Under the pieces are notes generated by a model that did no database searches, was not told where the DNA came from, and was given only the letters and a program-made list of their open reading frames with translations. Shown here one piece after another: positions 41,492 through 52,597 of a stretch of 64,000 nucleotides of DNA. The position numbers and the translations under genes were made by a program. Each line of letters starts with the position of its first letter. Positions within the stretch are counted from its first letter, which is position 1. The DNA lies in assembly GCA_023515725.1 (NCBI GenBank), contig JALDTO010000098.1, positions 708,164 through 772,163 of the forward strand, read 5' to 3'. This DNA is from Amoeboaphelidium protococcarum X5. Taxonomy: Eukaryota; Fungi; Aphelidiomycota.

Positions 41492-42556
41492 CTCTATGTT
41501 TACACAATCTGTTAGATGCTACTAAATCGATCAATAAGGACAATGTCTACTCTAATCTTTTAAAAATCCAAGGTCAACAAACTAAATGACACTTTAACCA
41601 GTACACTGACAATTAGGGATTAAAATTCCAAGTGATAACAACTAACCGTTCAATTACAATTCCAGATACTAGTAATTAACCTAGAAATAAAATCAAAGAA
41701 TCTGCAAGTGTACAACTTGGTTGACAAGAAGAGGCTCAGTTTGATGATATCGGCGGATCTATTTATAACAATGCAGCAACTAATTCGAGGTCTTGTGATC
41801 AGAAGAAAATCTACTCAACTCCAAGATTCTATAAAAAATATCAGCAACAATATTCCAATCTATCCACTACCACAAAGTTGACCTTCCACAAGAGTCCCGA
41901 GTACAGTAGATTGTATGTGTACGCACACAGTTGTTTGTTCCTTTGTGCTCTCTAATGAAATGAACGAGAAAGTGGTGAGAAAGTTTTACGCTCGCCTCGC
42001 CGTCGCTCTTTCTCGCGCCGCCTTCATTCTCGCCTTTCGTCAGCAGACCAACACGACGAGCGACGTTGTTGTTGTTGTTCCCGCTTTCTGGTACTGTCTC
42101 ACGTCAGCTCGCATCACATGATGACCCATGAAGCTGCTGATTTTAATTCCATTACTCTCGACGTATATACTACAAGGATGTTATTTTGTTTATCATGTTA
42201 CTTCTTGTTTTAGGCTTTAAGCTAATTGTACCATCACAGCATGTAATGTTGGATGCACATACTGTCACAACTCACCGTTCAGTAGTTGGCAAATCAGATA
42301 TTTTTATCACGGTTGAATACATTTTCAAAGTTCATCCAAATACACTAAACTATCAGATTGAAATTGAAATACTCCATAACGCCAAGATTCAACCATTGAG
42401 GAAGCCGCGTGATCGATCAAGTACTTTTTCATAATCTCCGTTCCCCTGTTTTGAGTGAATACGCGTTCTGTTTCTACCTATTCCATTCTTCTTGAATTCA
42501 TCCTTATCATCTTTCAAAGGAGAATTAAATTAAATAATTTTAAGGATTAAATTACT

Positions 42557-43125
42557 ATGGGTAGTCTTTGGGCAGAAATCTCATCTGGTTCTTTTAATAT
42601 TTATGCATAATGGTAAGATTGTGAGTTTTGGCTCATTCTGAATTTATAAATGCCTCACATTGTCATTTGAATATTAAATTGTAGGCTTGCATTATTGGGC
42701 ATAATATGTAATTCTCCTGTTTTAATTCGTTTTACTCATCATCCCTTCATCAAGAGAATGTCTCACATGTAGTTTTAATTATTGCTGGTATTCTTAATGT
42801 CATTGGAGTATTTATAGTATTCGCCATATTGTGCTTTGTGTTTGCATTTATCGTCCTGCTGCTGGAATTTCCGCTGTTTCGCAGATGCTGTCCGACGAAC
42901 GGTTTCATTGATCAGATTCTGACCAAGGGGGAAAATCACTGGTTCCGATTTGGTCTATACCTGGTGCTGGCCACGGTTCTGTGGCTTCACACGTTGATTG
43001 GCAGCTCTGCATTGATTATCGTATCTGCTCTTGATCTGACTCTTGTCACGGCGTGCTATCTCGTCGCTGCTCTCAGAAAGGAGCCTCATAAGGAGACGCT
43101 TCTCGCTGGTGGTTAGTCTGTTTGA
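42557..43125 (+). CDS. TVP18: Golgi membrane protein TVP18 family (introns 42613..42684, 42708..42772)
   Basis: MGSLWAEISSGSFNIYAQW/LALLG..., LEFPLFRRCCPT; several TM helices; splicing restores the frame. Confidence 0.85.
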
Positions 43126-43228
43126 ATGAATATTGAGATTTGGTGAAAATCGTTTCATTTCAGAGAAAGTGGTAAAGTATAGTTTTATATTCACTTCCAA
43201 CTATATATAATCCGCATTATGACTAATA

Positions 43229-44139
43229 TCATAAAACTCCAGCTTCGCTCTTCAGCTTCTGGATCAAATCATCTACAGACTCAACCTTCTTGCCAGCCTA
43301 TCGTTTAGGAGGTTCTGCGACACTGTTAATAGTCAATTTTGGCTTCAGCTCAACTTTTAAATCGGCCAGAGAGACACTCTTCAATGGCTTCTTTTTAGCT
43401 TTCATTATATTGGGCAGTGTGGCGAAACGTGGTTCATTAAGACGCAAATCTGTGGTGAGCACAGCCGGCGTCTTTACTTTAACAACCTACAATCCTCCAT
43501 CAACTTCTCTGGTTACAGTCAAGTCTTTACCTACAAACTTAATTAAAAGGGGTCCATATAATGAGCATTAAGTCAAATCAAATATATCGGATATAAACAT
43601 ACCTGCAACTTCAACTTTACTGGCAAAAGTAGCCTAAGGCCAGTTGAGCATACCAGCCACCATACCACCAACCTGACCAGCATCATCGTCAATAGCCTAC
43701 TTGCCAAGCAGTAGAATATCAGCCTTCTCCTTCTCAGCGACAGCCTTCAAGATAGAAGCGACACCGAGCGGCTCCAAAGGTCCAATACCGTCAGTCTCGA
43801 CCGGAACGTGAATTGCGTCATCCGCACCCATTGCAAGAGCCGTTCTCAAAGTATCCTGACATGCCTTTGGACCAATCGATACAGCAGTGACATGAGCGGC
43901 CAACTTTTTCTCCTTCATGCGGATAGACTCTTCCAAGGCAATTTCATCAAAAGGATTCATTGAGTGCTTAACACTTGCCGTCTCTACACCTTTTCCATCA
44001 CTTCGCACCTACACAAATAATAAGTTAATCGATCAATAAGCAAGAATCAATATCATCATGTCGTCATTTCCAATCTTACTCTAACTTTAACTGCATAATC
44101 AATTGCTCTCTTGCATCCAACAAGTATACGCAGGGTCAT
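43229..44139 (-). CDS. ETFB: Electron transfer flavoprotein beta subunit (introns 44009..44079, 43531..43602)
   Basis: [61 protein letters not shown]. Confidence 0.96.
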
Positions 44140-44437
44140 TATTATTCAATTTTGATGATTAAATTCAAAAAAATATTCCAAGATTTAAACGCAATAGAAA
44201 GGAAGGAAACGAAAACGCAACGTGCTAATGCTGAAGTTTAACCTGTCTTTAGGCGAACGGGAACAATCTCTCTCGAAAAACAAACGCTCGATTCCATGCA
44301 GAAAATAGACTGCAGGCGATTACAGGGAGATTTAGTCAAAGACGCACAGAGACCAACGCGACCGAAAAAGATTTCATTTAAAGTTCTTCCGTCACTGAGA
44401 GTTTAGATTCACGCGTGTTTGCATTAAACGTTAATAA

Positions 44438-46156
44438 ATGTCGAGTAAATTGGAAGATTAGACTGCGAAAATGTCAGTGAGTGGAGAAAAGTATCCAACT
44501 TTTTATGTGTGCGAAGAGACTGGAGATGATAAGAACGATGGATTGAGTGAGGGGAAGCCGTTCAAGTCAGCTGTTCGCGCGTTGGAGTTGAATGAAGATT
44601 GTCAGAGTATTATGGTGAAGAAGCCTGATGGTTATCAACCTATAGCTGCGAGCGCTCTCAAGAAGGCAAAGAAGCTCCTAGATCTGCAAAAGAAGAAGCA
44701 GGCCAAAGAGAAGGAGCGCCTGGAGAAAGAAGCTGAACTTGCAGCCAGTAAAAGTGCATCTGAGCAAAGTAAATTGGATGATGCTAAAAAGATCACGTTG
44801 ACTGAAGATGCTTCACTTGGTCAAGCTATAAAATTGAAGATCAGTTAATGCGCACAACATCTGGGAACTACTTAACGCGTCAAGGTTTACGGCTGGGTGC
44901 ACAGACACCGTACGCAAGGTAAGGACTTGATGTTTCTGGTCTTGAGAGATGGTACGGGATACTTGCAGTGTGTTATGAATGGTGTGCTGTGTCACACTTA
45001 TGATGCTCTCACGTTATCGCAAGAGTCTACAGTTGCAGTTCACGGTTTGATTAAGAAGGTTCCTGAAGGTAAGAACGCGCCTGGTAACCAAGAATTGGTT
45101 GCCGATTACTGGGAAGTTGTTCATAAGGCTCCTGGTGGAGATGACGCGTTCACTAACCAGATCAGTGAGTCTACGTAGGCTGGTGATATTATCTATAACT
45201 AGCGCCATCTTTTCATTCGTGGTGAGAACGTATCTGCAGTCCTCAAGATGCGTCACTATGTGATGAAGTGCTTTCGTGATCATTTCTTTGATAATCATTA
45301 CACTGAAGTCACTCCTCCACTTATGGTGTAGACTCAGGTTGAAGGTGGATCTACTCTGTTTACACTCGATTATTACGGATAGCCTGCGTACTTGACCCAG
45401 TCTAGTTAGCTGTACTTGGAGACTGCTATCCCGGCACTGGGTGACGTGTACTGTATGGCAGAGTCATTCCGTGCAGAGAAGTCCCTAACCAGGAGACATT
45501 TGAGTGAGTATACGCACGTGGAAGCGGAATGTCCATTTATCACCTTTGAAGATTTGCTGGACCGTATTGAGAACCTTGTAGTGGACACTGTAAACAGAGT
45601 ATTGGCTATTCCTGAGGCGAAGAAGCTGGTTTATGAATTGAATCCCAACTTTGTAGTGCCAAAGAAGCCGTTCAGACGCATGGCTTATAGTGATGCTATC
45701 AAGTGGCTGAATGATCACAACGTGCTGAAGGAAGATGGTTCTCACTACCAGTTTGGCGAGGATATTCCAGAGTCACCAGAGCGTAAGATGACTGATGCTA
45801 TTAATGAGCCTATTCTATTGTGCAAGTTCCCTGCCGAGATCAAGGCCTTCTATATGAAGCGATGTGCAGATGACAATAGATTGACGGAGTCTGTCGATGT
45901 ATTGATGCCAAACGTGGGTGAGATTGTCGGTGGTTCTATGCGTATCTGGGATATGGAAGAACTACTGGCGGGATACAAGCGCGAAGGCATCGATCCATCT
46001 CCTTACTACTGGTTCACTGATTAGAGAAAGTATGGTAGTTGTGAACATGGCGGATATGGTCTGGGTTTAGAGAGATTCCTTGCCTGGATGCTGAATAGGC
46101 ACACTGTGCGTGACACTTGTCTGTATCCTAGATTTGCGGGCAGATGTACTCCTTGA
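44438..46156 (+). CDS. NARS: Cytosolic asparaginyl-tRNA synthetase, 572 aa
   Basis: [30 protein letters not shown] (Q encoded by TAG), [25 protein letters not shown]. Confidence 0.97.
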
Positions 46157-46285
46157 GATGTCTTCTTGTCTCGGATTTGTGAGGTATATATATATATATA
46201 TATATATATAACTTGACAAATGATAATTAATAATAAAACTATTTTACCATAATTGATATATTGTACAAAATGTCATTATCAAAAA

Positions 46286-46958
46286 TCATAATAATCCTTC
46301 TTGCTCCAAGTACTTCACAATCGTAGAGACTGACTGCTCTACTGACTATTTGCCAGAGTCAATACGCAATTCAGGATTTAAAGGGACCTCATACGGATCA
46401 TCAATACCAGTGAAATGCTTAAGGACGCCAGCTCGTGCCTTTTTGTACAGCCCTTTAGGATCTCTACTCTCCGCGATACTCAGTTCAACATCAACATGAA
46501 CTTCAATGAACGGAATTCCGGCCTGTTCATGGATTCGACGTGCACGCTGTCTGTCAACTTCATACGGACTGATGAATGCGGCAATGGCTATAGTGCAAGA
46601 GTCTGCAAACAGCTTGCTTACGTGAGCGATTCTACGTATATTTTCGGATCTGTCTTCAGCGCTGAATCCCAGATTCTCATTAAGGCCCATACGGATATTA
46701 TCACCATCTAATCTATATGCATGCAACTGACATTATTTAACCAGATATTGCTCTAGAGCAACAGCGATTGACGATTTCCCCGCAGCAGACAACCCGGTCA
46801 GCCAAATGGTAAATCCCTACAAGATGTAACAAGTGAACATGTTCAAGTTATATAGAATCGAATAAACTGCGTACCTTTTGCTTTAGACTGCTCTGCCTAC
46901 TCTCGGCAGATATCGCACCCTGATGGAATGTTAGATTATTATTATTACTATTGGTCAT
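46286..46958 (-). CDS. MET14: Adenylyl-sulfate (APS) kinase (intron 46817..46874)
   Basis: [52 protein letters not shown]. Confidence 0.96.
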
Positions 46959-47963
46959 GCTGCGAATGTGTGATTTTCATACAAGACTGCAATGGGAAAT
47001 TGAGATTAGGAGTTGAAACGAGGCGCGATTTAAATGTTGACGCTTGGTGTAATAAGTTTGTTTTGATCGCCGCGACATTCACTCATTTGGAATCATCACT
47101 CAAGAGAAGATTGTGTGCAGTAGTGTACGGTATTAAACGAAGTGATGACCCATCGGTGCTGCTGAGTCAATGCTGCTCACTTTTGTTGTAATTATTTTTT
47201 TCAGTGTAACCGCCTTCTTAAAATTTGGTATAAAATGCAAACAAGCACGTAAGTATATCAGAAAATCTGAGGTTTTCTAAACTCCCATGGATGGAGCGCC
47301 CAATAAATGAAAAAGCTCTTTAAGTTATCGAATTTTGCCTGGCATTATCGATCAGCACAGTGGCAAAAATTGATATCCAATATCTTGGCATCTGAGACTT
47401 TCCGGTCTGAAGTCACGCATTATGCTGAGTAAATGATGATTCCTTTATCATTGATCGGGTGTGTAGAGTCCAACCTGCGATTGATATGGTCAACTGCTCC
47501 TTAGATCAATTTCTGTAAGTCGCTATGCAGCAGCGACTAACTCCAATGCTGCTGATTCCGACTGATATAGGCGGAATGCGTGTAAATATCTGCACGCAGT
47601 TGGAAGAGGTCAAGTACAAGCTGCGATTGTCTGTAGACTAGTTACTAAGCCTTCAGGAACTAGATTTGTTGAGAGACGCGTCAAAATTGTAAATGTGTAA
47701 GAACAGAAGACTGATTGGTTCGTGATTTCTGATGTGTGATCTCTTTGCTGTACTGAAATATACTGTGTTTGTACTTTACTTAGCCTTTCGTTAGTTTTAA
47801 CTTAAACTCTAGTTGGCGCTTGATTTAACAACGCGACTTGTTCACTTCAGCAGGTATGGGTTAGGATTGGTCGCATGTAAGATTGTGTATTATATTAGTT
47901 AGAGATTGACAATTAAAATGTGAAACTATTTCAATCAGAAGCTTTCTGGCTCACAAAATGTAT

Positions 47964-48555
47964 TCATAAGTTGGTCAAAAGCTCATAAATACTCTGCAAC
48001 ACTTGCATAAACTTTGGCTTTCCAGCGAGAATGTCGAGCATCCTCTGTCGAAACTCGTTTCCTTTCACCTCACCACCAATAATGGCATCTTCAATTTAAT
48101 AGTAAATTTTCAAGTGACGTTTGCATGCTACAACATACCGGGGACCATAGCCACCGCAAAGTTCAATATAATCATGCCGGGAAACTTCCTGTGCAACTAC
48201 TGATAGCACACTGTCTGGCTTCTGCATCTCAGTTCCAACAATAGTGACTGTCGCAGTCTCGCATTTCAGCACAGCACGATGAACATCAGGAGAGAATCCA
48301 GGCAAGCGAAAAATGAATGCCCACGACTTTTTATCGCCAGTTTATTGATTAGTACGTGTTGACTCTAATGCTGAAAACACAACAGCACCAACAGGGACAA
48401 TCTGTTTCGCTTTGATATAGTCTATAATTGCATAAGCGCCCTCAAAGCCAACAGATGCACTAACTTCGATGAATTTAGCTCCATCGTCAACCATATGCTG
48501 GGCAGCCACGCACGCTTAATCAATCGTGGACACACCGGTTGCATAAAATACGCAA
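47964..48555 (-). pseudogene. Tandem DUF6506-like protein lacking its N-terminus, cut by element copy B
   Basis: Two repeats of a bacterial-type motif: ...TGVSTIDQACVAAQHMVDDGAKFIEVSASVG...VPVGAVVF and WAFIFRLPGFSPDVHRAVL...IELCGGYGP. The N-terminal part of repeat 1 is absent at the element junction. Confidence 0.65.
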
Positions 48556-51318
48556 TTGTATCTGACTCTTTTAAAACAAATAAAACGCTTGTTTTCTTTT
48601 GCACCGGTAGTGTTTTGCACCTTGCACCCGGAGAAACGCACCGAACTCGCTTTGTTACAATCTCGACCGTCTCGCATGTCTGGCAGGAAGCGTTCTAGAG
48701 CAGTGTAGAGTGACTCGTAGCCATCTGGAGGTGGTATCACCACCTCCAACAGTAGTACTGGCATCCCAGCCGTTGATGAGTGTGCTGGTGTTGGCAGTAG
48801 TGTCGGCGTATCCGCCTCCTCAAGTTCTGGTCTGGCTGGGTGCGAGGCTGAAACAAGTGTTGTTAGCATGAATCAAACTGCTGATATCACTTCACAAAGT
48901 TCTGCTCAAGTCAGTGCTGCTTTCAATAGGTAGCTGGAGAATGAAGATGAAGATGACGACGACGATTACGACTCTGATGATGGTCTGGATGATGAGCAGT
49001 TGGCGAAGAAGGTGAAGAGACGCAAGAAGTCGGAGAACAGCCATGTGTATCGCATTGAAGCGGCGTACAAGTATAAGCTGGATGAAGGCATTGGAGAGAC
49101 GTTGAAGCTGCTGAGGTTGACTCGATCCGACGTATCTGTGCCACTCACTGGCGGTAGGCCTTTGGCTGTGAATAGTATGTAAGCCTACTAGAAGCATTAC
49201 AGAGGATTGCGGTACTTTTTTGCGCTAATTGGTGACTACAGCTCGAGTTTAATGCTGCTTCCTAACCCCCCGCAGTACACACCGTCAATGAACGCCAAGA
49301 GCATCATTTTGTTTATCAAGTTCAAGCGTAATGAGAAGGGTTCTTTGCTAAAAGACGAGAATGGCAACGCTGTGAAATGTGTCTATGGGCACGATATCAA
49401 GTGCTAGGGTGGTTGGAATATGCCACAGAATGTTGACCAGTTGTTATCGGCTGTCTCTGTGCTGCATGATAGTCGTAATTAGAGGGGGGAGTACAGAGAT
49501 ATCTGCGAAGAGTGCATCCAACGTTCTGAGCGTGGTGATAGATCTGGCTGTCGGTTCCATCCGATGGCTCCTCGTATTTGGCTGGGTGGAGATCCAAAGA
49601 ATTCTTCCCTCATGACTAACATGTAGAGATTGAACTCCCGCGATGGATGCAGCTACGTGTCCGAAGGCAGCTAGCCGCTCACACCTTGGGAATTACTACG
49701 TCTCCGCGAGTATTTCATCTCGAAAAATGATGCGAAGTCATTCATGATGTGGACGATGATTATCGTTAGTATCAAGCTATTTCTGCGCAATGATGAAGTC
49801 ACCGATTTGAAAATTCATGATCCTAGGCTGGAAAATTGTCTCAACAAGGATCTTGCGACCTTTCAAAGTGATGGCAGTATATCTTCCCTTGCTTTCTACA
49901 TTAAAGGCAAGTCTGATCGTGTTAGAGTGTGCTTGACTCTTTGGACGGATTATGATGTGCCCGAATTGTGCCCGGTTCGTGCGCTTTTGACGTGGATTTT
50001 TATTTCTGGGATTAGAACTGGATTCTTGTTCCCTCAAGAGAGTACACTGGATGCTGTGAAGCAAGTTGGGCATGCGGCGTACAACATCTCTTACGTATCT
50101 TATCATAGGCAGTATCAGAAAGCTTGTAAGATTGCTACCGGCAATCCCGATGGTAAATTTGGTACGCACACTAGTAGGAAGACTGGCTATTTGCTTGCTG
50201 TTTGGGGAATGGGATCAGAGATTGACATCACTAAGAGTGCGCGACACGCTTCGTCCGCTAATGCCGCATTGTATAAGAAGGATGCTAGCTATTTGCTAGA
50301 ATTAGCGAAGACTAGACGTTTGGACGTGTCTTCCGTGGTAAGCAAATTCAGATCAGCCTACTGTGAGTAGCTATAGATGGCTCGCAGTCTGAATGCTGCC
50401 CATTCTAGAGGCAATTTTTGTCTGCAGCAGGTGAGTCAAGAGATTGTTCGTAGCTTATGTGGATTATCTGATGTTGATGCAGTTGGTGGACCTAGAGTGA
50501 TTTACGATGCACTTCTCCAGTTGCAGAAGAAAGAGACTGTGCTGCAGCTTATTGAGGCAAAGTTGAAAGAAATTGCACCTAATGCCACTCCGGAGGAGAT
50601 TAATGAGCTGCGTAGGATGCTTGAGCTTTATGCGAATGGATTGATTGCTGCCACTCAATCAGCTAAGTTGAAGTAGCCAAAATCTACTCTGACTTCTCAA
50701 TAATCTTCTTCCAGATAGTTACGTGAACAAGCTGCGGTTCACTCTGATGATGAACTCTATGAATCCGATGAAGAAGACACTGACGTAGCTGATGTTGTAC
50801 CTGCCATCACAGCTGTTCAGTAGGATGAAGTTGTGAATGATATGCCTGGGAGAGAGAAAGTGAGAAAAGCGAAGACTGCCATGGCGAAGTTGGAGGCCAT
50901 TCTTGCAGTGGATGATCCTGGCTCAACCGTCGGGTTATCAGCTGGCGCCAAATCATTCTACGTGAAGCAATACTGCCCGATCATGAAATGTCTGAGAAAG
51001 CACTTTGGCGGTGATTTGGATAAGTTCATCGCACATTGGGGGAACTTCAAACCAACTAGCTTCAAGACAAACAATTGCTCTGGTACCATGGATGAGTGTA
51101 GTATTTGAACAAGACAGATAATATGGAGACTGAGATTGAAAGTGGATTTAATACAAAAAGTTTAATGCAAAATCATTGAGGATTTGTTTGAAACAACTGA
51201 CTTGTCTGTTTTCTGCGAGATCACCGTCGCGCGCTCGATCGCTCGCGCATTCTTCCAACGTCAACCTTAACGGTTTCCGTTTTTGCACTTTGCACTTTTA
51301 ACAATAAGAGCATTGTAT
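48556..51318 (+). mobile_element. Crypton-like tyrosine-recombinase DNA transposon, copy B
   Basis: Inverted twin of 3038..5796; bounded by direct repeat TTGTAT at 48556-48561 and 51313-51318 (ATTGTAT including the preceding base). Confidence 0.9.
48676..51108 (+). CDS. Tyrosine recombinase of element copy B, 810 aa
   Basis: ATG TCT GGC AGG AAG to ...ECSI-TGA, open under table 6 with about 15 TAA/TAG codons; intact R-K-HxxR-H-Y residues. Confidence 0.88.
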
Positions 51319-51398
51319 ATACTGATTTCAAGTGCAAAAGACGCGTCAAAAGTAAATAAGATCACTTGAACTAAACTTCTATTAATCTAAATAACAAT

Positions 51399-52277
51399 TC
51401 ATTGAAAAACTCTAACGTAATCTACTACAAGTTCACCGTGAGTAAGTGCAGGATCCGGATCACCAGGCCAGTTGCCACCGACAGCCAGATTCAGAATGAT
51501 GTTGAATGGCTGATTAAAAGGCCATAAACTGCCATCGCTAGGAGGATTCTAAAAGTACTACGTATCAGATGATGAGACGTTATTATAAAAGGCTCCATCC
51601 AAGTACCAGCGAATCTCATCCGCATCCCACTCCACAGCGTATATATGGAAGTCAGTGGATAGATCATCATCAGCCTCAATAGACTTGGAACTACTACCGT
51701 GACCGTCTGCATCGGAGTAATGAATTGTTCCATGCAATTAGCGCGGTTTATGGCCCAGAATTTCCATAATATCAATCTCGCCACTGAATGGCCAGATTCC
51801 ATACTTGTTATCCTGAGGCAACATCCAAAACGCCGGCCACACGCCTTAACCTTTAGGGACCTTGCTACGCGCCTCAAAACGACCGTATAACCAATTCTAA
51901 CGGGATGTCAACTTACCGCTAGTGTAGCCGCCTCTAGAATAATTCTGCTACTTAAATGACAATACCAGATTGCCATAGCCATCCAGCAAGACATTATCTT
52001 GCTTTGAGGTGTAACACTCCCACTCTTGGTTCGCCCACATGCCGAAACAACTGTCATCAGCATTCCACTTGCTGGTCAGACCGGGCTATCCATAACCACC
52101 ATCGAAATTGTCTTCCCAGACCAGAGAAGTATACTTGCCTGAATAGTTACCAGAAGGTAGCGGTTGCTGAGCGGGGGATTGAGACGAGAGATCGGATTGC
52201 GGCAGAGCAGCGGTGCCGCTCATTAAAACAATGAGTCTGAAAAGCATTGGGCAGACGAATATAACAAAATCGATCAT
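51399..52277 (-). CDS. Secreted GH16 beta-1,3-glucanase (laminarinase-like), 292 aa
   Basis: LVWEDNFDG, GYTSGKL, WPAFWML, catalytic GEIDIME, PFNIILNLAVGGNWPGDPD, VDYVRVFQ. Confidence 0.93.
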
Positions 52278-52597
52278 ATAATATTTATAAAGCTATGTGG
52301 GAATGAAGAAAGATAGAAGTATTATTTTAAAGGCGCCGAGTCTCATGGGCATGCAGACGCGATTAACATGCTGACTTCAGTCAATCCAATCACGTAGCTC
52401 ATTCATGCCATCGCCAGTTACGCGCGTCTGCGTAGTTGCATTCTAAATTCATTACTTAATCAATATTCTCCTGATACTAATGATAATGAGATTTAAACAA
52501 CAAAACATCGATGGATAAAGAGATAGAAGTGGAAACACATTTATACAATGATATATCTATTGAAACACACACACACAAACACTTTGAAATTACCACT

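Noticed and set aside
6232-46156. Apparent mass pseudogenisation from in-frame stops
   Set aside because: Interruptions are only TAA/TAG, mostly at Gln positions, with no frameshifts; explained by the genetic code.
47000-47950. Coding-like stretch upstream of APS kinase
   Set aside because: Only short open segments with no motif; may be a gene relic.
51332-51339. Inverted TTTTGCAC in the host flank of copy B as a target-site determinant
   Set aside because: Not clearly present at the other three flanks; may be chance.
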